From positions 1,059,678 through 1,123,677 of the forward strand of contig NZ_CP159989.1 of NCBI RefSeq assembly GCF_040702965.1: DNA of 64,000 bases, read 5' to 3'. The stretch is from Actinomyces timonensis (lineage in GTDB: Bacteria > Actinomycetota > Actinomycetes > Actinomycetales > Actinomycetaceae). Position 1 is the stretch's first letter; every line of letters starts with the position of its first letter. Positions 50,560 to 61,094 of this stretch are shown here, in pieces. Below the pieces are notes generated by a model that had not been told where the DNA came from, did not search any database, and saw only the letters and a list, made by a program, of their open reading frames with translations. A program made the translations under genes and the position numbers.

Positions 50560-52219
50560 TCACTGATCGGACTGGGGTCCCTGGCCTCCCCCGCCCTCGC
50601 CCCGGACGGCCATGATCTGGTCGCGCACCGCGCGCCGCAGCACCTTGCCGATCATCGAGCGGGGAAGCGGACAGGATCGCGATCTCACGGGGGAGGGCGT
50701 AATGGGAGAGCGTCCGCTCGGCCCACGCGCGCACCTGCTCCAGGGTGACGGTCTGCCCCTCATGGGGGACGATCGCCGCCACCACGCGCTCGTCGCCGAC
50801 GCGACTGGGCACGCCCACCACGGCCACGTCGGCGATCTCCGGCATGGAGCGCACGGCGGCCTCCACCTCGGTGGGGTAGATGTTGAAGCCGCCGGAGATG
50901 ATGAGCTCCTTGCGGCGGTCGGCGATGACGTAGAAGCCGTCGGCCTCCTGGCGCACGAGGTCACCGGTGCGCAGCCAGCCGCCGGGCAGCATGACGGCCT
51001 CGGTCTCCTCGGGGTCGTGCCAATAGCCGGCGAAGACCTGGGGGCCGCGGGCCACGAGCTCGCCGACCTCGCCGGGCGCGACCTCGATCTGCGGGGCCTC
51101 CGGGTCCACGAGCCGAACCTCAGTCGACGGGTAGGGGACCCCCAGCGCCCCCGCGCGCCGCTCGGGGGAGATGGGATTCCCCAGGATGATGGGGGAGGTC
51201 TCGGTCATCCCATAGCCCTCGATGATGACCCCGCCAGTGGCCTCCTCCCAGGCCCGCGCCACCGCCTTGGGGTTCGCCGCCGCCCCGCACACCGCCACCG
51301 AGCAGCTCGACAGGTCCGCGCCAGTGGCCTTGGCCCGGGCGAGGATCCGGTCGAACATGACCGGCACGCCCGGGAAGAAGGTGGCCGGCCGCCGCTTCCA
51401 GGCCGTCAGCACCATATCCGCGCTGAACTTGGGCAGCACCACCTGGGTCGCCGCCAGGCCGACTGCGCACAGCAGGTTGAGGGAGAGCCCGAAGGCGTGG
51501 AAGAAGGGCAGCACCGCGTAGAAGGTCTCGCGGCCCGGCGCGCAGGCCTGTGAGGCCCACTCCAGGCTCATCTCGGCGTTGGATCGCAGGTTCGCATGGG
51601 TGAGCCGCACGGCCTTGGGGGTTCCCGTGGTGCCGCCGGTGTACAGGAGCACGGCGGCGTCGTCGACGCCGGGCAGCGGGTGGCTCGCGGGCAGCAGGGG
51701 GGAGGCGGCCACGAGGTCGTCCCAGGAGCGCACGCCCGCGGGCACCTGCCCGCGCAGCTCGCGGCGCTGGGAGCGGGCGGCGGCCACCGGCAGCTTGAGG
51801 GCGAGGCGGCTCGTCAGGGGCAGCCGGCGCGAGAGGTCGACGCTGAGGACCTGGCGGCCCTCCAGCGAGGCCTCGGCCAGCGACCCGGTGGCCGCCACGA
51901 CCCGGGCGATCGTCTTCTCCCAGGCGATGATGACCCCGCCCTGATGGATCTCGATCTGCTCGCGGATCTGGGCGGCCGGGGCCAGGGGGTTGTGCTCGGC
52001 GACGATCGCGCCGATCCGCCAGGCCGCGTAGGCGAGGACGACGTGCTGGGGGCAGTTGGGCAGGATGAGGCCGACGACGTCTCCGGCCCGCACCCCCAGG
52101 CCCCGCAGCGCCTCCGCGGCTCGGGCCACCTGGCGGGCCAGCCGCTCATAGGTGGTGGTGGCGCCCAGGAAGTCCAGGGCGACCCGGTCCGGGTAGTCGC
52201 GCGCGGCGTCGTCGAGCAT
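50560..52219 (-). CDS. long-chain fatty-acid--CoA ligase / AMP-binding enzyme, frame broken near 50665 (apparent 1-nt insertion)
   Basis: 'LLYTGGTTGTPKAVRLTHANL' AMP-binding motif, 'GYGMTETS', 'GDLVRQEADGFYVIADRRKELIISGGFNIYPTEVE'; the C-terminal 'PRSMIGKVLRRAVRDQI' continues in ORF 50560-50964 frame. Confidence 0.8.
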
Positions 52220-52445
52220 CCGGGACAGCGGCTCGGTGACGGGCGGGATCGTCGCCGCCACGCCCGGGGCGTAGTGCGGCCGGCTCACCCGCCCGGGCGC
52301 CGAGGCCCCTGGGCCGGTGGCCCGAGGGGCCGGCGCGGCGGGGCCAGCAGAAGTGGCGGCAGAACCGCCCTGGTCCTGATCCACTCGTCCTCCTCGTGTC
52401 GGTCGGCGCCGCCGGGCGCGGCGCGCGCTCCTACGCAACCGTAAC

Positions 52446-55055
52446 CTACGGTGTCGTAAGCCCGCCCGGAAGCGGCCCGGAGGAGACCACGCGCAGGCGC
52501 CGGGTCGGGCGGGTCATGGACACGTACAGGTCGCCCGGGCTCGCCCGGCCGATCTGGCCCGGCTCCACGAGCACGACGACGTCGAACTCCAGGCCCTTGG
52601 ACATCACCGGGCCCATGACCGCCAGGCGCGAGCGCAGCACGTCCCCTCCCGGCGCCTCCATCGCGGCGGCCAGCGCGGCATCGGCCGCCAGGTGCGCGGC
52701 CCAGGGCCCGGGATCGGGCGCGATGACGGCGATCCGGCCCCCCTCGGGCCCCACCGCCTCATCGAGCGCCGCCATCTCCTCGCGCACCGCCGTCAGGACC
52801 GCCCCCTCAAGGGCTGCGACCTCGGCGCCCTCGGCGCCCTCCGCCGGGCTCACCGGGCCCACGCGGTCCACCTGCAGGCAGTCCGGCAGGTCGCGCGCCG
52901 AGGAGACGGGGTAGACCGGTGGGTGCCCCAGCGAGGCCACCGCCGCTTCCGCGGCCTCCATGACCGTGGCCGGGGTGCGGTAGCACACGGTGAGGATCTC
53001 CTCGCGCAGCGGCGTCGAGCCTGCCTGCGAGACGCGCCGCCCTCGGCCTCCGTGCCTTCCTCGGCCGTGCCGGCCGCGCTGGTGATGACCTTCCCGGGGG
53101 CTCCTCCCGCCATCCGCCGACGGGCTCGTGCCCAGCGCCTGCAGCGCCTGCCCCCAGCTCGACGGCGCCGTCGGCCCCGAGTACTGCGCCAGGTCGCCCA
53201 CCACCGTGAAGGAGCGCACCGGGCAGCGCCGCGCCAGCGCCCGCCAGGCCATCGCCCCCAGCTCCTGCGCCTCATCGACGACGACGTGCCCGTACGTCCA
53301 GCTCCGATCCGCCCTGGCGCGCTCGGCGAGGGTGAGGGAGGGGCCGTGGTCGGCGACGCGGTCGGCCAGCATCTCGGCCGTCACGATCCCGCCGCCCAGC
53401 TCCTGGGACTCGATCGCCTCGGCGGCGTAGGCCACCAGCTCCTCGCGGCGGCGCGCCTCCAGGCGGGCCCGCTGCGCCTGGGCGTCGTCACTGGGGCCCA
53501 GCAGCTCGGCGAGCTCGTCGATGAGGGGGATGTCCGCGGGCGTCAACTCGGAACCGGGCGAGCGGCGCAGGGCCTCCCGCTCGGCGCCGGTGAGCTCGGG
53601 GGCCAGGCGCTCCAGCAGGGCCGGGCGCGCCCACAGGCGCTCCAGGAGGCCCTGCGGCGTCGTCGGCATCCAGCACAGGTTGATCTCCCGGCGGGCGTCG
53701 CGCGAGGTGCGGATGTCCTCGCGGATCCACGCGCGCGTCTCCGGGTCCGAGGCGTCCTGGCGGGTCGCGGCGGCGAACTGGTCCGTCAAGCGCTCCAGCA
53801 GCCATAGCGCGAAGGGCTCGCGGGCCAGGTTGTGCGGCTTGCCGCCGCGCCGCGCCCGGGACATCGCCTCTCGCACGTCGTCGGGCCTCAGCTCCAGCGC
53901 CGTGCCCTCCACCACGATCGGGCGCGGCCCGTCCGGCACGCGCTGGAGGCCCTTGACCGCCCGGGCCAGCACCCGGGCCCACACGGCCCGCCCCTTGATC
54001 TCCGCGGTGGCGGCGCTCTCGGCGCCGCGCGCCCGGATCCCGGGCACCAGGTCGCCGATGGTCGTGGAGACCACGCCCGTCTCACCCAGCGAGGGCAGCA
54101 CCTGCTCCACATAGCGCAGGAAGGTCCGCGAGGGGCCCACCAGCAGCACGCCAGAGCGCTCCAGGCGCTCGCGCTCGGCGTAGAAGAGGTAGGCCGCGCG
54201 GTGCAGCGCCACCGCCGTCTTGCCCGTGCCCGGCCCGCCCTGGACCACGAGCACCCCCGTGCCCGGAGCCGTGACGATCCGGTCCTGCTCGGCCTGGATC
54301 GTCGCGACGATGTCCCCCATACGGCCATCGCGGGCCGCCGACATCGCCGCCAGGAGCGCCCCCTCGCCCTGAAGCCCCTCCGCCGCCAGGCTCGCCGCCT
54401 GCCCGCCGACGGCCCGACCGCCGTCGAGGGCCGAGACATCGATGAGCTCGTCCTCCACCCCCAGGACGTGCCGGGCGCGCGTATCGATATGACGGCGCCG
54501 CACCAGCCCCATCGGATCCGAGGCGGTCGCCTGGTAGAAGGCCCTGGCCAAGGGCGCCCGCCAGTCCAGGACCACCTCGCGGCGGGCGGCGTCGTGCAGC
54601 CCGATCCTGCCCACGTAGTGCCGCGCGGGCGCGCCGACGGCGCCAGCCGCGCCCGCCCCGTCCCCCGGCGTCGGGCCGCCCGCGCCGTCGGCATCCCCAC
54701 CTCTCCCGCCCGCCCCGGGGGCGGCGGGATCGCCGGCGCGCATGTCCATCCGCCCGAAGACCAGGCGCTCCTCGACGCCCTCCAGGGTGGAGATCAGCCC
54801 GGAGTAGTGAACGGCGTAGGCGTCGCGCTCGCCCCGGGACTGATGGGTGCCGCTCGCGCCGCGCGCCTCAGTGCGCATCAGGGCGGACCTGGCCTCGGCG
54901 AGCCGGCGGTCCAGCTCTCCGTAGGCGGCGTCCACCACCCGCTGCTCGACGGCGATCTCGCGCTCACGGGCCGCCTCCTGCGGGCCCTGGTCGGCGGGGA
55001 GCGCCTTGGGGGTGGGATCGGGCGCAACCTGGGGGGACCTGCTCGACGTGCTCAC
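52446..55055 (-). CDS. HelD-like UvrD/Rep superfamily-1 helicase (helicase IV-like, RNA-polymerase-associated)
   Basis: 'VLVVQGGPGTGKTAVALHRAAYL' Walker A, 'GHVVVDEAQELGAMAWRAL', 'SFTVVGDLAQ', 'LTVCYRTPATVMEAA', 'VMSKGLEFDVVVLV'. The stretch ~53030-53100 reads as wrong-frame His/Arg-rich text, flanked by a G5 run; two compensating indels suspected. Confidence 0.75.
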   Translation of the reverse strand: MSTSSRSPQVAPDPTPKALPADQGPQEAAREREIAVEQRVVDAAYGELDRRLAEARSALMRTEARGASGTHQSRGERDAYAVHYSGLISTLEGVEERLVFGRMDMRAGDPAAPGAGGRGGDADGAGGPTPGDGAGAAGAVGAPARHYVGRIGLHDAARREVVLDWRAPLARAFYQATASDPMGLVRRRHIDTRARHVLGVEDELIDVSALDGGRAVGGQAASLAAEGLQGEGALLAAMSAARDGRMGDIVATIQAEQDRIVTAPGTGVLVVQGGPGTGKTAVALHRAAYLFYAERERLERSGVLLVGPSRTFLRYVEQVLPSLGETGVVSTTIGDLVPGIRARGAESAATAEIKGRAVWARVLARAVKGLQRVPDGPRPIVVEGTALELRPDDVREAMSRARRGGKPHNLAREPFALWLLERLTDQFAAATRQDASDPETRAWIREDIRTSRDARREINLCWMPTTPQGLLERLWARPALLERLAPELTGAEREALRRSPGSELTPADIPLIDELAELLGPSDDAQAQRARLEARRREELVAYAAEAIESQELGGGIVTAEMLADRVADHGPSLTLAERARADRSWTYGHVVVDEAQELGAMAWRALARRCPVRSFTVVGDLAQYSGPTAPSSWGQALQALGTSPSADGGRSPREGHHQRGRHGRGRHGGRGRRVSQAGSTPLREEILTVCYRTPATVMEAAEAAVASLGHPPVYPVSSARDLPDCLQVDRVGPVSPAEGAEGAEVAALEGAVLTAVREEMAALDEAVGPEGGRIAVIAPDPGPWAAHLAADAALAAAMEAPGGDVLRSRLAVMGPVMSKGLEFDVVVLVEPGQIGRASPGDLYVSMTRPTRRLRVVSSGPLPGGLTTP

Positions 55056-55426
55056 GGGGCCTCACTGAGATCAATGACGGATATGACGGGCCGCCGGACG
55101 GCCCAGCGCGCTCCCGGGCGGGCCCGGGAGCGGTCGCGCTGCGGTGGCTCGCGGACGTCCGATGCGCCCGCAGCACAGGGCCGTCCATTATTCTCCTCGT
55201 AGGGGTGCCGTGGCGCGGCCCGGGCGACGCCCACCGCGAACACATCCGCGCCGCGCGGCGCTCCCGGGCCGGGCGGAAGCAGCGCGGGAACACTCCGGGT
55301 CTGCGGCGTGTTGCCCCTTGAGGCGCCCCTCGCCCGGAGCGATGGAGGCGCGCCCCTCCCGTCCTCCCCGGGCGGCCGGGCAATCATCACCACGACCGCG
55401 ACGACGATCAAGAGAGGAGACCAGGG

Positions 55427-56341
55427 ATGATCCAACCGCCGCTCTACACCTTCGCCAACCTGACGCGCCCCATCGCCCCGCGCGTCCTCCTCCACCACTT
55501 CGACGGCGCCATGGACGCGGGTCACGCCGGGGCGCTGGCGGTCGAGCAGCTGCTCCTCGCCCTCCCGCACGAGCGCCTCGCCACCTTCGAGGTCGACGGG
55601 ATCATCGACTACCGGGCCCGCCGCCCCGTCGCGCGCTTCGAGTCCCGCCAGTTCACGAACGTGGAGATGCCCAGCCTCGTCCTGGACCTCCTCACCGACG
55701 ACGACGGCGCCCAGCTCCTGGTCCTCCACGGCGCCGAGCCGGACTACCGCTGGCAGGAGGTCGCCGGCGCCATCACCCACCTGGCCGTCTCACTGGGCGT
55801 CGGCCAGGCCATCAGCATCCACGGGCTGCCCCTGGCCGTGCCCCACACCCGCCCCACCTTCATCCACCAGCATGGAAGCCGCCTCGATCTGCTGCCCGAG
55901 CAGCCCGACTTCTTCGGCACCGTCGAGATCCCCAGCACCTTCGCCACCTACATGGAGGTCCGGCTGGGCGAGGCCGGGCTCGACTCCCGCGGGCTGGCCG
56001 CGGGCATCCCGCACTACGTCGCCCGTGACGACTACCCGGCCGGCGCCTCAGCGCTCCTGGCTGCGGTCGCCAGTGCCACCGGGCTCGCCCTGCCCCTGGG
56101 CGACCTCGAGGCCGCCGCCAGCCTCAACAGGCTCGAGATCGACGCCGAGGCCTCGCAGCAGCCCGAGGTCACCGCGATCGTCAGCGCCCTGGAGGCGCAG
56201 TACGACGCCCTGGCCCCGAGGAAGGACGAGGAGGGCATCGGCGAGCTCACCTCCCTGCTCGACCTGCCCAGCGCCGATGAGATCGGCGCCCGCCTCGAGG
56301 CCTTCCTCGAGACGAAGGACCCCGGCGCTAACCCGTCCTGA
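55427..56341 (+). CDS. PAC2-family (proteasome-assembly-chaperone-like) protein
   Basis: 304 aa 'LLHHFDGAMDAGHAGALAVEQLL...LLVLHGAEPDYRWQEVAGAITHLAVSLGV...SIHGLPLAVPHTRP' resembles actinobacterial PAC2/DUF75 proteins. Confidence 0.55.
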   Translation: MIQPPLYTFANLTRPIAPRVLLHHFDGAMDAGHAGALAVEQLLLALPHERLATFEVDGIIDYRARRPVARFESRQFTNVEMPSLVLDLLTDDDGAQLLVLHGAEPDYRWQEVAGAITHLAVSLGVGQAISIHGLPLAVPHTRPTFIHQHGSRLDLLPEQPDFFGTVEIPSTFATYMEVRLGEAGLDSRGLAAGIPHYVARDDYPAGASALLAAVASATGLALPLGDLEAAASLNRLEIDAEASQQPEVTAIVSALEAQYDALAPRKDEEGIGELTSLLDLPSADEIGARLEAFLETKDPGANPS

Positions 56342-56367
56342 CCCTGGGGAGGGGCCGGGGGACGGGC

Positions 56368-57234
56368 TCAGCGCCCGCGAGGTGCCAGAGCGCCCGCGCC
56401 CCACGTTCGCACCGGCAGCGGTAATCGCCGCACCGCCCGCTCGACCGCCTCCTCCTCAGCCGGTCCGAAGGGCTCGCGGCGGGCCACGATCACCACATTG
56501 CCCTGGCGCTTGCCGCGGGCCACCGCCGGATCGGCCACCACGAGGACCCCGCCGAAGAGGCGGGAGGCCGCCTCCAGCTCGTCATGGGCCTGCTCGCGCG
56601 GCATCGCCGACGAGTTCGCCAGGAGGAGCCCGCCGTCGGCCAGCGCCTCGCGGCAGCCCCTCAGGAAGGCCTCGTCCCGGCAGGACGCGGGCACCCGTCC
56701 AGCGGCGAACACGTCGCGCACGATGACATCCCACTCGCCGGCGCGCAGCCCGGGCACCACTCGCGCCGCATCGCCCACGCGGATCCGCAGCCGTGGCGAG
56801 CGCGGGAGGTCGAACCACTCCCGCACGCTCGCCGCCAGGACCTCGTCGATCTCCACCGCCGTCTGCGTCGAGCCCGGCCGGGTGGCGTCCCAGGCGCGCG
56901 CCAGCGCGCAGCCCGCCCCACCCAGGTGCAGCGCGTGGACCGGCGCGCCGGGCCCGTGCGCCGCGCCCACCCGCCCGGTCCGGCTGAGCGCGTTGAGCAC
57001 GGCCTCCATCTGCTGTTGGTACTCGAAGTCCAGGTGCGCCGGATCGCGCAGGTCGATCCACGACGACTCCGTCCCATCGAGGAGGAGGAGCACGCCCGAC
57101 TCGCGCACCCGCAGCTCCGCCACTCCCAAGGACGTGGGCACCGGGCCCACCGGGAGGGCCGCCAGGGAGCGCGAGGGGGAGCGCGCCGCGCCTCCTCGCC
57201 GTCGATCGCCGCCACGGGCCTGCTTGCGTGTCAC
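56368..57234 (-). CDS. spermidine-synthase-like class I SAM-dependent methyltransferase fold protein
   Basis: 'LLLDGTESSWIDLRDPAHLDFEYQQQM...VHALHLGGAGCALARAW...EIDEVLAASVREWF...DVIVRDVFAAG' spermine/spermidine synthase-like core; start uncertain. Confidence 0.5.
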   Translation of the reverse strand: MTRKQARGGDRRRGGAARSPSRSLAALPVGPVPTSLGVAELRVRESGVLLLLDGTESSWIDLRDPAHLDFEYQQQMEAVLNALSRTGRVGAAHGPGAPVHALHLGGAGCALARAWDATRPGSTQTAVEIDEVLAASVREWFDLPRSPRLRIRVGDAARVVPGLRAGEWDVIVRDVFAAGRVPASCRDEAFLRGCREALADGGLLLANSSAMPREQAHDELEAASRLFGGVLVVADPAVARGKRQGNVVIVARREPFGPAEEEAVERAVRRLPLPVRTWGAGALAPRGR

Positions 57235-57317
57235 AGGAGCACGCTAGCCTGAGGCCGCCACGAGCACGATCGGATCAGCGGGGCGCCGCGCAGGGCGCCA
57301 GCGGGGGAGGAGGACCC

Positions 57318-58542
57318 ATGAGCAGGGCCCCGCGCGCCGCCGGCGCCCGCCGCGACTGGGGCGATGACGACTCCGCCACCCCCATACTCCACGTCGACAT
57401 GGACGCCTTCTTCGCCTCCGTCGAGCTCCTCGACCATCCCGAGCTCGTCGGCCGCCCCGTCATCGTCGGCGGCGCTCAGGGGCGCGGGGTCGTCTCCGCC
57501 GCCTCCTATGAGGCCCGCGCCTACGGGGTGGCCTCCGCCATGTCCATGGCCGAGGCCATGCGCCGCTGCCCGCGGGCCGTCGTCCTGCCCGTGCGCCACC
57601 GCCACTACAGCCAGGTCTCCCGGGCCGTCATGGGCATCCTGGGAGAGGTCACCCCCCTGCTGGAGAAGGTCAGCGTCGATGAGGCCTTCCTCGACGTCAC
57701 CGGATCCCGGCGCCGCATGGGTGCCCCCAGCGCCATCGGCCGCTGGATCCGCCGCGAGATCCGCGACCGCCTGGGCCTGCCGGCCTCCGTGGGCATCGCG
57801 TCGACCAAGCTCGTCGCCAAGCTCGCCTCCTCCCACGCCAAGCCCGATGGGCTCCTCCTCATCCCCGCCACCGCCACCCAGGACTTCCTTGACCTCCTGC
57901 CGGTGGGCGCCATGTGGGGGGTGGGCGCCAAGAGCGAGGCCGCCCTGGCCCGCTGGGGCATCACCGACGTGCGCGCGCTGGCCGCCACGGACACCCGCAC
58001 CCTCATCCGCATCCTCGGCCCCTCCGCCGCCCACCACCTGTCCGCCCTGTCCCACGGGATCGACCCCCGCCCCGTCAACCCTTCCCGCGAGGAGAAGTCC
58101 GTGGGCACGGAGTCCACCTTCTTCGACCTCCTGCGCGACCGCGATCACGCCCGTCGTGTCCTGCTCGACCAGTGCCACCAATGCGCGGCGCGCCTCAGGG
58201 CGGGGGAGCCGGGCCCGTGTCGTCGTCCTCAAGGCCCGCGGCGCCGACTTCACCACGGTGACCCGCTCACGGACCCTGGCCGAGCCCACGGACCTGGCCC
58301 GCGATGTGTGGCAGACCATCGAGTCCCTCTTCGAGGCCCTGCCCGCCCCGCCGGGCGGGTACCGTCTCCTCGGAGTGCGCTGCGAGGGCCTGAGCCGCTG
58401 CGATGACGGCGTCCAGCTCCACCTCGACGACGACCCCCGCCGCGGGGCGCCCGAGCGCGCGGCGGACGAGGTTCGGCGCAGATGGGGAGCCGGAGCCGTG
58501 TCCCCGGCCAGTCTTCTCCGCCCCCCGGTTAGCGGTCGGTGA
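57318..58542 (+). CDS. dinB: DNA polymerase IV, frame broken at the G5 run 58201-58205
   Basis: 'ILHVDMDAFFASVELLDHPEL...PVIVGG', 'SYEARAYGV', 'SVDEAFLDVTG', 'SVGIASTKLVAKLAS'; C-terminal 'VVVLKARGADFTTVTRSRTL...' continues in the frame of ORF 57364-58542. Confidence 0.8.
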
Positions 58543-58708
58543 ACCAGAGCAAGTAGACTCGATGACGAATCCCTGGGCTCGGTATATCTGCACGGGCGAC
58601 CGGCTCGGGGCTTCAGGCCGGGCTCCGAGAGCCGGTCCCGGACCTGCCCCGCTCCCATGACCCCAGGGCGGCGAGGCTCAAGCAGTGAACAGGAAGCGAG
58701 GGACTGGC

Positions 58709-59101
58709 ATGTCGCTCACCGAGCGCGAGCAGCGGGTGCTGCGAGACCTTGAGCGCCAGCTCCATGAGGAGGATCCCGCCCTCGCGGAGACCATCCAGCA
58801 TCCCGAGCGCCATCTCGCGCGCGTCTCCCCGAGGAGCATCGGATGGGGGATCGCCCTGGTGCTCGTCGGACTGGTCGTGGTCGTCTCCGGCGTCGTACTG
58901 GGCCACGGCAACGGGCTCGTCTCCATCATCGTCGGCGTGACCGGCTTCGGCCTGGCGGTCGCCGGCGTCGCGCTCATGGCGCGTCGGCCCCCGATGCTCA
59001 AGGACGCCCGTGGCGGGGCCGGCAGGGCCCGCACCGGGCGCTCCACCTTCATGGAGCGCCAGTCCGAGCGCTGGGAGCGCCGCCGGGACGGCGACCGCTG
59101 A
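58709..59101 (+). CDS. DUF3040-family small membrane protein
   Basis: 'MSLTEREQRVLRDLERQL' N-terminus then 2 TM helices; this family typically precedes mraZ in actinobacteria. Confidence 0.7.
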   Translation: MSLTEREQRVLRDLERQLHEEDPALAETIQHPERHLARVSPRSIGWGIALVLVGLVVVVSGVVLGHGNGLVSIIVGVTGFGLAVAGVALMARRPPMLKDARGGAGRARTGRSTFMERQSERWERRRDGDR

Positions 59102-59299
59102 GCCCCCTCCACTTCCCTCCACGGGAGCCCCCGCGCCCCGTCCCGGCGCCCTCGAGACCCCTGGATCCGCGCTCCTCCTGACCCCATAACCGCCCGCCGG
59201 GCTCGTCACCACCCACGGTGACGAGCCCGGCGCCGTCATGTCCCCCCACTTCCCTCCACCGCGTAAAACCGCGGAATCTCGCGGTTCTTTCGTCAAAGG

Positions 59300-59385
59300 T
59301 TGGTGGATATCCATCACAAGTGGATGTCGAGGTGGTTGGAAAGGGAGGCAAGTGGAGTAGGGTGGGGTCCACTGGATCGCCGAGG
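59300..59385 (+). promoter_or_regulatory. mraZ promoter/operator region with GTGG(A/G) direct repeats and a TGGATATCCA palindrome
   Basis: GTGG motifs at 59304, 59321, 59333, 59353, 59363 (plus TGGAT at 59374); 10-bp palindrome TGGATATCCA at 59306-59315; lower GC than surroundings. Confidence 0.5.
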
Positions 59386-59401
59386 GGGAGGAGTGGACCC
59401 G

Positions 59402-59833
59402 ATGTTCCTGGGCACCCACGCGCCCCGCCTCGACGACAAGGGCCGCCTCATCCTCCCGGCCAAGTTCCGCGAGGAGCTGGCCGGGGGGATCGTCTTGACC
59501 CGGGGCCAGGAGCACTGCCTCTACGCCTTCACCACCGCGGAGTTCGAGCGCATGTACGCCCAGCTCCGCGAGGCGCCCCTGGCGCAGAAGCAGGCGCGCG
59601 ACTACGTCCGCGTCATGCTCTCCGGCGCCGACTCCCAGGTCCCCGACAAGCAGGGCCGCATCACCCTGCCCGCTCCTCTGCGCGCCTACGCCGGCCTGGA
59701 TCGCGACCTGGCCGTCATCGGCGCCGGGTCACGCGTCGAGATCTGGGACGCCACCGCCTGGGAGGACTACCTGAGCGCCCAGGAGCAGGTCTTCGCCGAT
59801 ACCGCCGAGGAGATCATCCCCGGCTTCTTCTAA
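59402..59833 (+). CDS. mraZ: division/cell wall cluster transcriptional regulator MraZ
   Basis: '[26 protein letters not shown]' duplicated SpoVT/AbrB-like halves, 143 aa. Confidence 0.9.
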   Translation: MFLGTHAPRLDDKGRLILPAKFREELAGGIVLTRGQEHCLYAFTTAEFERMYAQLREAPLAQKQARDYVRVMLSGADSQVPDKQGRITLPAPLRAYAGLDRDLAVIGAGSRVEIWDATAWEDYLSAQEQVFADTAEEIIPGFF

Positions 59834-60011
59834 CCGATCGGCCCAGCCGGATCGCCCCGTGAGGTCTCCGCCCGCCGCCGCATCCGACGCCTCTTCCCCG
59901 GCGCCGGAACCTGCGGGAGGAGTCCTGGCGGGACGATCCGAGGCCGACTCGGCCCGGCGCCGGCGGCGCCACCCCACCAGCACCGCGGCACGACAGGAAG
60001 GAGGAGGGCCG
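59834..60011 (+). promoter_or_regulatory. mraZ-rsmH intergenic region with several GC hairpins; candidate mraW-type leader RNA motif
   Basis: CCGAG-gccga-CTCGG, palindromes CCGGCGCCGG and GGCGCC-ggc-GGCGCC; unusually long (178 bp) spacer inside the dcw operon. Assignment by position only. Confidence 0.25.
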
Positions 60012-61094
60012 ATGAACGCGATCACCGCCCCCGCGGGTCCCGCGGCGCAGCGCCACACCCCGGTGCTCCTCGCCCGCTGCCTCGATCTCATGGCCCCCGC
60101 CATCGAGGGAGCCGCCGCTCACGGCGCCACCCCCGTCCTCATCGACTGCACGCTCGGCATGGGCGGGCACAGCGAGGGGGCCCTGGAGCGCTTCGGGACC
60201 CTGCGCGTCATCGGCATCGACCGTGACCCCCAGGCCATCGCCCTGGCCAGTGAGCGCCTCGCCCCCTTCGGTGAGCGCTTCACAGCCGTGCGGGCCACCT
60301 ACGACGCCGTCGAGGACGTGGCGCGCGAGCGAGCCGTGACCAACGAGGAGGGCGTGGGCGTCGTCGACGCCGTCCTCATGGACCTCGGGGTCTCCTCCCT
60401 CCAGCTCGACGACGCCGAGCGCGGCTTCTCCTACGCCCGCCCCGCCCCGCTGGACATGCGCATGGACCAGGGCGCGGGCCCCACCGCCGCGCAGATCCTC
60501 GCCACCGCTGACGCCGCCGAGCTCACCCGCATCCTGCGCGTCTACGGCGAGGAGCGCTTCGCCCCTCGCATCGCCCGGGCGATCGTCGCCCGGCGGGACG
60601 GCGGCGCGCCGCTGACGCGCACCGACGAGCTCGCCGAGCTGGTGCGCGACGCGATCCCCTCCGCCGCCCGGCGCACCGGCGGCCACCCCGCCAAGCGCGC
60701 CTTCCAGGCGCTGCGGATCGCGGTCAACGCCGAGCTGGACGTCCTCGAGCGCGCCGTGCCCCGGGCCCTCAACTCCCTGAGGGTGGGCGGGCGCCTCATC
60801 GTCGAGTCCTACCAGAGCCTGGAGGACCGGATCGTCAAGCAGGCGATCACCGCCGGCTCCACCAGCAGGGCCCCCCAGGGCCTTCCCATCATCCCCGAGG
60901 AGGACCGCCCCTACCTGGAGCCCCTCACCCGGGGCGCCGAGCGGGCCGATGAGGCCGAGCTCGACGCCAATCCCCGCAGCGCCCCCGTGCGGCTGCGGGC
61001 GGTCACCCGAACCCGCCCCGCCTCCCTTGCACCGGCCCCTGAACCGGCACACCGCCGCAGAGCATCGACCGATCGAGGAAGGAGGAGCCGATGA
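60012..61094 (+). CDS. rsmH: 16S rRNA (cytosine1402-N4)-methyltransferase
   Basis: 'HTPVLLARCLDLMAP...LIDCTLGMGGHSEG', 'DLGVSSLQLDDAERGFSY', 'SYQSLEDRIVK'. Confidence 0.9.
   Translation: MNAITAPAGPAAQRHTPVLLARCLDLMAPAIEGAAAHGATPVLIDCTLGMGGHSEGALERFGTLRVIGIDRDPQAIALASERLAPFGERFTAVRATYDAVEDVARERAVTNEEGVGVVDAVLMDLGVSSLQLDDAERGFSYARPAPLDMRMDQGAGPTAAQILATADAAELTRILRVYGEERFAPRIARAIVARRDGGAPLTRTDELAELVRDAIPSAARRTGGHPAKRAFQALRIAVNAELDVLERAVPRALNSLRVGGRLIVESYQSLEDRIVKQAITAGSTSRAPQGLPIIPEEDRPYLEPLTRGAERADEAELDANPRSAPVRLRAVTRTRPASLAPAPEPAHRRRASTDRGRRSR

Noticed and set aside
53050-53100. His/Arg-rich stretch ([19 protein letters not shown]) in the helicase as a real metal-binding insert
   Set aside because: Codon third positions there are AT-rich while the alternate frame is GC3-rich and protein-like; it is a wrong-frame reading caused by compensating indels.
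55056-55426. Rifamycin-associated element (RAE palindrome) upstream of the HelD-like helicase
   Set aside because: Searched the helD upstream region for a GGGGCTTGCGGCAAGCCCC-like palindrome and found none; only a CTCCCGGG-cggg-CCCGGGAG hairpin.
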